Of a DNA stretch of 64,000 bases, positions 58,511 through 64,000 are shown piece after piece. Below the pieces are notes generated by a model. That model did not search any database and had not been told where the DNA came from. It saw only the letters and a program-made list of their open reading frames with translations. The position numbers and the translations under genes are program-made. Positions within the stretch are counted from its first letter, which is position 1. Each line of letters opens with the position of its first letter. The DNA comes from Bugula neritina (Eukaryota > Animalia > Bryozoa): positions 30,306,573-30,370,572 of the forward strand of contig OZ037766.1 in assembly GCA_964035545.1 (NCBI GenBank). Direction: 5' to 3'.

Positions 58511-61500
58511 ATTCCAATGGCGGGAAACGCAGGTCGTCCAAACGGACATTGCAGTATACCCCTCAGGAGTGGCAGGCACCCCGTCGGATCAGTCGACCAG
58601 AACGGCGACCGGACACGTTTGCCCTGCCACTCACCAACCGCTTTGACCGGCTACCTGAAGTGGAGCCAGCTGGCGGGGTCCATCAAGACATGGGAGGAGA
58701 GCAACTCCTCCTCGCCATAGGAAGCCACGCGAACCGCGGGCTGAACGAGCACTGCCCTACCTGGCCGGGACTGAGCACACAGGGGGAGTGAGGGTAGAGC
58801 CTCACGGAGATAGCTACTTCCTGCCAGGTAAGGTGGCCGGCAGGACCGTTACCTTCCTGCTAGACTTGGGGTGTACCACGAACCTCCTCAGCCGTCGTGT
58901 CTTTTATGCCCTTCCCTTCAAGGAAAGGAGGGAGAAAGAGCCGTATACCGGGGAACATGGCACACTAGCAGATGGGTCATGCATTCCCTTCTACGGTATC
59001 ATTGAGCTAACTGGACGCGTCCACGACCAGGTGATCCAGGAGACCTTTGTCATCAGTCAACTGGAAGAAGACGCTATGCTCGGGATGCCATTCCTGAAGC
59101 GACACGGGTGCCGCATCGACTTTAGTAAGTCCGCCATGCTGATGGCAGGCAAGGAACTCACCTGCGTCGACAAGTCTGGTCGTCCTCTAGTGGGAGGCGT
59201 GCAGGTAATACGGAACTGTACGATACCAGGCCGCTCACGGGCTACCATTCACTGTAGGGTGAACAGTAGCCAGATCTCTGGGTTGGGGGTGGTGGAAGGC
59301 GCGCACAAAAGAATCCAACTCGCCAGCAGTTTAAACCGGCTGACTGAACGAAGAAAGATTTTAGTGCAGTGTGTCAACCCCTTCACGGAGTCGGTAAAAC
59401 TACCGGCAGGGTCCATGCTGGGCCGCTTTCATTCAGTCCAGGAAGAAGATGTGGGACCGTCTTTGGGAGACGCGACGGAGGATCCCCGGCAGCGCCAGTC
59501 TAAAAGGCGGGCGACCGTCCCACCACACGTCAAAGAGTTGTACGAGACAGCCTGTGATGGCTGCGCGAGCAACGGAGAACGCCAGGCTATGGCAAAGTTG
59601 CTGCGGGAGTACAACGACATGTTCAGCAGTGGGGACCATGACGTGGGCCTGACCAGAGCTGTCCGTCATGAGATACTGCTGGCTGCGGGGACTATTCCCA
59701 TCCGGCAACCCACGCGTAGGTTGGGGCCGGAGAAGGAGGTCAGCTGACAAGTCTGGGATCTTCTGGACCGTGGCCTTATAGAGCCAGCCCATAGTGCATG
59801 GAGCTCGCCAGTCGTCTTCGTTCGGAAGAAAGATGGCAGTTGGCGGTTCTGTGTGGATTACCGCAAACTAAATAGCGTGACCATACAGGACGCCTACCCT
59901 TTACCCCGGATTGACGAATCCCTGGATGCCTTGGCCGGCAGCAAGTACTTTAGTACTCTAGACTTGGTGAGCGGGTACTGGCAAGGTCTTCTGAGTCCCG
60001 ACGCCCAAGAGAAGGCGGCGTTCATCACACGGAACGGACTATGGAAGTGGAAAGTGCTGCGATTGGGTTGACCTATGCCCCGGCCACCTTCCAGGGGCTC
60101 ATGGAAGACACTGCTGATCTACCTCGATGACGTCATCATGATCTCCCCAGACTTCAAGACGCACGTCAGCCGTCTGAGGGAGGTTTTCGAACAACTCAGA
60201 ATTGCCGGTCTGAAGCTGAAACCTTTCAAGTGCGCTCTCTTGCAGCCGGAGATTAAGTATCTGGGGCACGCCGTCGGCCGCAACGGCGTGGCAACTGATC
60301 CTGAAAAAGTACGGGCTATAGAAGACTGGGTTACCCCCCAGGATTTGACCGAACTCCGGCATTCCTGCGACTGGTAGGGTATTACAGGCAATACATACCA
60401 GACTTTGCAAGGATAGCACAGCCATTAAATCGGCTCACTGCAAAGGGGGTAAAGTGGCAGTGGTCTCCAGTCGAACAAAGGGCGTTCGACCGTCTCAAGG
60501 GTTGCCTGCTGGAGGCGCCCGTCTTGGCGTACCCAGACCCCACTCTGGAGTATATCCTTGACACGGACGCCAGTGACCAGAACCTTGGCGCTGTGCTGTC
60601 ACAAGTGCAGGAAGGCCAAGAAGTAGTAGTAGCTTACTACAGCAAGTCTCTCTCACCCACTGAACGCAATTACTGCACTACCCGCAAGGAATTGCTGGCA
60701 GTAATCAAGTCGGTGAAGCATTTCAGACCTTATCTATACGGCAGACAGTTCCGGCTGCGTATGGATCACGCCTTCTTGATTTGGTTATGTAAGAGAGCAG
60801 AACCGTTTAGTCAGGTCACCAGGTGGCTCGAGATCCTATCCGAGTTCTCTTACCGGATCGAACACCGACCTAGTAAGAAGCACGGCAACGCAGATGGACT
60901 GAGCCGACGACCAGACGGGGGATGTAAACAGTGTCTCAACATCATGAGGAGGGACGGAGGCTCTCCACGGTCAGAATTGGAGGCGCTGGACCCTCCCGGG
61001 GTTGAGTATGACTGGGATCAGGGTCAACTCCAACAGAAGGCTGATACGCCTCCGGAGGTAGTACAAAACCTCGGCGTTAATCCCGTTTTGGCCGGTAATG
61101 TCCAAGAGCTGAGGAGGCTCCAAGAAAACCTGCTTGGGGTGGTAGCCGACGTGTACCGGGCCAAAAAGGAATGGCGGCGACCCAGTGAAGAATAACTGAG
61201 ACAGGAGTGCGCCGAGTTACGGCTATACTGTCAACATTGGGACTCGCTGTGGATCGGGCAGGATGGTCTGCTGACCATGACTTTAGCCGCAAACAGCAGA
61301 CACCCGGAGAGAAGAAGGGTGGTCTGCCCAGCTGCCATCCGCCGAGAGTTGATATGGGACGCCCACAAGCAGGCTCATGCAGGGGTCCAGAGGATGCTCG
61401 CCAAATTACAACTCCGGTGGTATTGGCCCAGGATGGGGCGTGACGTAAGCCTCAGAGTAAGACAGTGCGAAAACTGCCAGGCCAGTAAGCATGGCCGTCT

Positions 61501-62700
61501 CTCTGGTGAAGCGGGACGGCGGAGGTTATATGCTGGAAGGCCGTGGCAAGTGGTAGCTGTTGAACTGGTTGGACCCGTGCCCACAACCCCCAAAGGAAAC
61601 AGTTGGATCCTAGTATTAACCGACCACTTCACTAGGTGGGCGGACGCTCTAGCTATTCCAGATGCGTCAGCCCCAACGGTGGCCAGGGTGCTGGATCAAC
61701 ATGTATTCTGCTATTTTGGCTTGCCAGAACAGATACATTCGGACCAGGGGGCTCAATTCCAGTCTCAGCTGATGAGTGACCTCTGCCGCCTCTGGGGAGT
61801 AAACCAAAGTAGGACCACTCCATACCACCCACATGGAAACGGAGTGGTGGAATGCAACAACCGGATGCTAGGTGAGGCACTCTGCAGTCTTCTCCTCGGG
61901 CGGAGTCAGGAGGAATGGAATACGGTGCTACCGCAAGTCATGCGGGCCTATCGTAGTACACCACACACCAGTACTGGTGAGACACCAAACCTACTGATGC
62001 TTGGCCGAGAGACTCGGGTGGCTGACCACCTCACCTACCACGTTCCTGAGCAGGACTACCCTGTCCATGAGTATGCCAGCGAATTGGTAGAGCAGATAAA
62101 GGGCGCACACGAAATACTGCTGGAGAAGCAGTGGCAGGTGCGAAAAGAAGACTCCGAAGAACCACCCCTCTACCAAGTTGGAGACTGGGTGTGGATGATC
62201 AACTATCGTAAGCTTCGGGGATAGGCGGCTAAGTTACAGCCTAAGTTTGTAGGACCCTACGCAGTAGTTGAGGTGATGCCCAACCACACGTACAAGCTAG
62301 AGCGCTCAGGACAGGTGTCTATCCAGAATGAGACTCGCTTGAAACCGTATTGGGCCAGCCCGGATGCAGTGGGAAAAGCCCTCCCCCCTGTTGTTGGAGA
62401 GATGAAAGACCACTTCCATTAACAGAAGTGCGTCTGTCACCTCCAACGCCAGACCTAACGCCATCACTTCCGGAACCTGGAACGGGTCCGGAAGTGCAAA
62501 CCCCCCCCCCCCCGGGGAGGGGCTCCATCCGGAGAAATTAGGGAAGAACAAGACAAGGAAACACCAGTCACTAACAGGCCGGTAACACCACCCGTGGAAC
62601 TTATTAGGCCACCAGTGAGTACACCGCCTTCCCTGGAACGACAGCTTACTAGACAACCCCCAGCATATCTAAAAGACTTCATATGTGACTGCGTCGAAAG
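58456..62700 (+). pseudogene. pol: Element 2 pol (multiple frameshifts and stops)
   Basis: Fragments 58788-59747 (PR), 59853-60377 (RT, YLDD), 60524-61195 (RNase H) and 61277-62224 (IN) each align to element 1 Pol but are separated by stops and indels. Confidence 0.92.
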
Positions 62701-63296
62701 CGGCAATTATGAAAGTCCAGCAGGGTACCGTACGGAGAGACTGGCAACAAAACGTGGGAGTTGGGAACACCAGGGAAAAACCAACTTTTGCCCAGGCGGA
62801 ACAACAAATAAGATTCATCCGCAGGAAGCACAGTGCCGTAGTCACGCTTCACAAACACATTGCCCAGCCTTTTCTTATGCTGATGCAGTCAAGAGCAGGC
62901 GTGCCAGTAGTCATAAATAATAACCATTCAATAAGCATTCCATATGTCTTACTATACCGGATCGAAGGGTGAATTAATTATACTTTCTGGTACGGAAACT
63001 AGACTGCATCAATCAGCCCTAACTCTACTAGTTAAGCGAGCTGGAGATTAACTGATGAAACCTAGTGGTGAAAACACATAGTGACTTAGAGATTCCAGAA
63101 ATCTACCATTGCAGTGTGTGTTCTCAATCAACTATTCATTAGTCTAAATCTCACGAGTGTCTAACTGAATAGAGCACCTGTCTGGCTGTTTCATGCCGGC
63201 GGTACTTCAGTGTATAATTACTAACACTGTTGAACTCTTTCAGGGAATACTCGAGTGACCACCTTCTGGTCACAAGACCAGTTGGCTCCTCTACCA

Positions 63297-64000
63297 ATGG
63301 AAGAAGAACCGGAAACTGAGCAGGGACTGCCTGCGATACTCGGCCGATGACATCGGTGGGTGTCGCCGGCGACGGAGAGAAAGATAAAGGAAGCCTGGGG
63401 ACCTAGGGGACAATGCCAGATATGTCAAGTCTGTCAGGAGGAGCGTCCCTCACACCGCTCCCTACGACTACACGTAGATGCCCACTTCCTGCTGCATTTC
63501 TGCTTTTGTGGATTCCACGACGTGTATCCCTATCCCGTAATTGTACATAAGATGAATTGCTTTGCCGGGGAAGGCCACGTAGTAGATGAAGATACCTTCC
63601 CACAATATCTAAACACCATCCGGCCGGTGATAAAGAAAGCTCTGACGCTCGCTGCTATCACGTCTGGGTTTCAGACCATATTAACATTTGCCCGCCGGCA
63701 GTCCCCGATGGTCACGACCCCGTCTATTCCCGCTCTCGTCTCTAAAGACGCCACCATAGCTTACGAGGTGGTAGTGTCCGTTACCTGAGAGACGATTCCA
63801 ACCTCACCTGAACCCAGCCGGCTAGCTACCATAGAAGAGCGGCTCCTACGGCTACAAGCAGATTTTACACAATTAGCATCAGATCTGCTCAGTACGACCA
63901 CAGGCTTATATCAGCTTAAGGACTCCGTGGGATGGATAAAACGAAGACTCCGTGCCCGCCAAGCTAGACATCGATCCCAGTCTCAATACCTGGATTCCCT
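63297..64000 (+). pseudogene. Element 2 ORF3 (zinc finger + coiled coil), with in-frame stops at 63348-63350 and 63786-63788
   Basis: Acceptor-like CTCTTTCAG (AG 63242-63243), ATG 63297. CQVC-x12-HVDAH, CFC-x12-HKMNC and VVDEDTFP match element 1 ORF3; heptad region RLATIEERLLRLQADFTQLASDL follows in frame. Confidence 0.8.

Larger units (their letters stand above)
57220..64000 (+). mobile_element. Decayed Ty3/Gypsy LTR retrotransposon (element 2), related to element 1, truncated by window end
   Basis: LTR ends ...TATAACA at 57523 (5' boundary uncertain: TGTGGTG 57220 or TGTTAT 57019); identical tRNA-Leu PBS at 57525-57542; gag, pol and ORF3 homologous to element 1 but broken. Confidence 0.92.

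Overview
AT-rich, intron-containing animal (invertebrate-like) genomic DNA, not prokaryotic. All gene models were spliced by hand from GT-AG sites and checked for frame. (1) About 0.8-29.7 kb is a tandem segmental duplication of a three-gene block: a secreted Cys-rich/Arg-Gly-rich peptide gene (+), rolling stone-like membrane protein gene(s) (-) and nocturnin (-). The copies decayed reciprocally: the left unit keeps the peptide and two rolling stone-like genes but only nocturnin fragments, and the right unit keeps nocturnin but has a damaged peptide gene and a collapsed rolling stone pseudogene. (2) Nocturnin is head-to-head with an oligoribonuclease (REXO2/orn) gene. (3) A 14-exon STAND (NB-ARC-like) NTPase with a helical/TPR-like C-terminus and no N-terminal effector domain lies at 35.6-43.0 kb (-). 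(4) A very young, complete Ty3/Gypsy LTR retrotransposon lies at 43594-51458 (411-bp LTRs with one difference seen, GTAT TSD, tRNA-Leu PBS). A decayed relative runs from about 57.2 kb off the end of the window. Both carry a non-env third ORF after integrase: two zinc fingers and a coiled coil, preceded by a splice acceptor. The young element also has a ~120-nt GU-compensated hairpin and a palindromic kappaB-like site in U3. The ORF3 plus U3 hairpin pair is the best candidate for an undescribed system (a possible Rev/Rec-like or self-regulatory module). Also present are tRNA-Thr-derived SINE copies, two degenerate hammerhead-like cores, palindromes and simple repeats.
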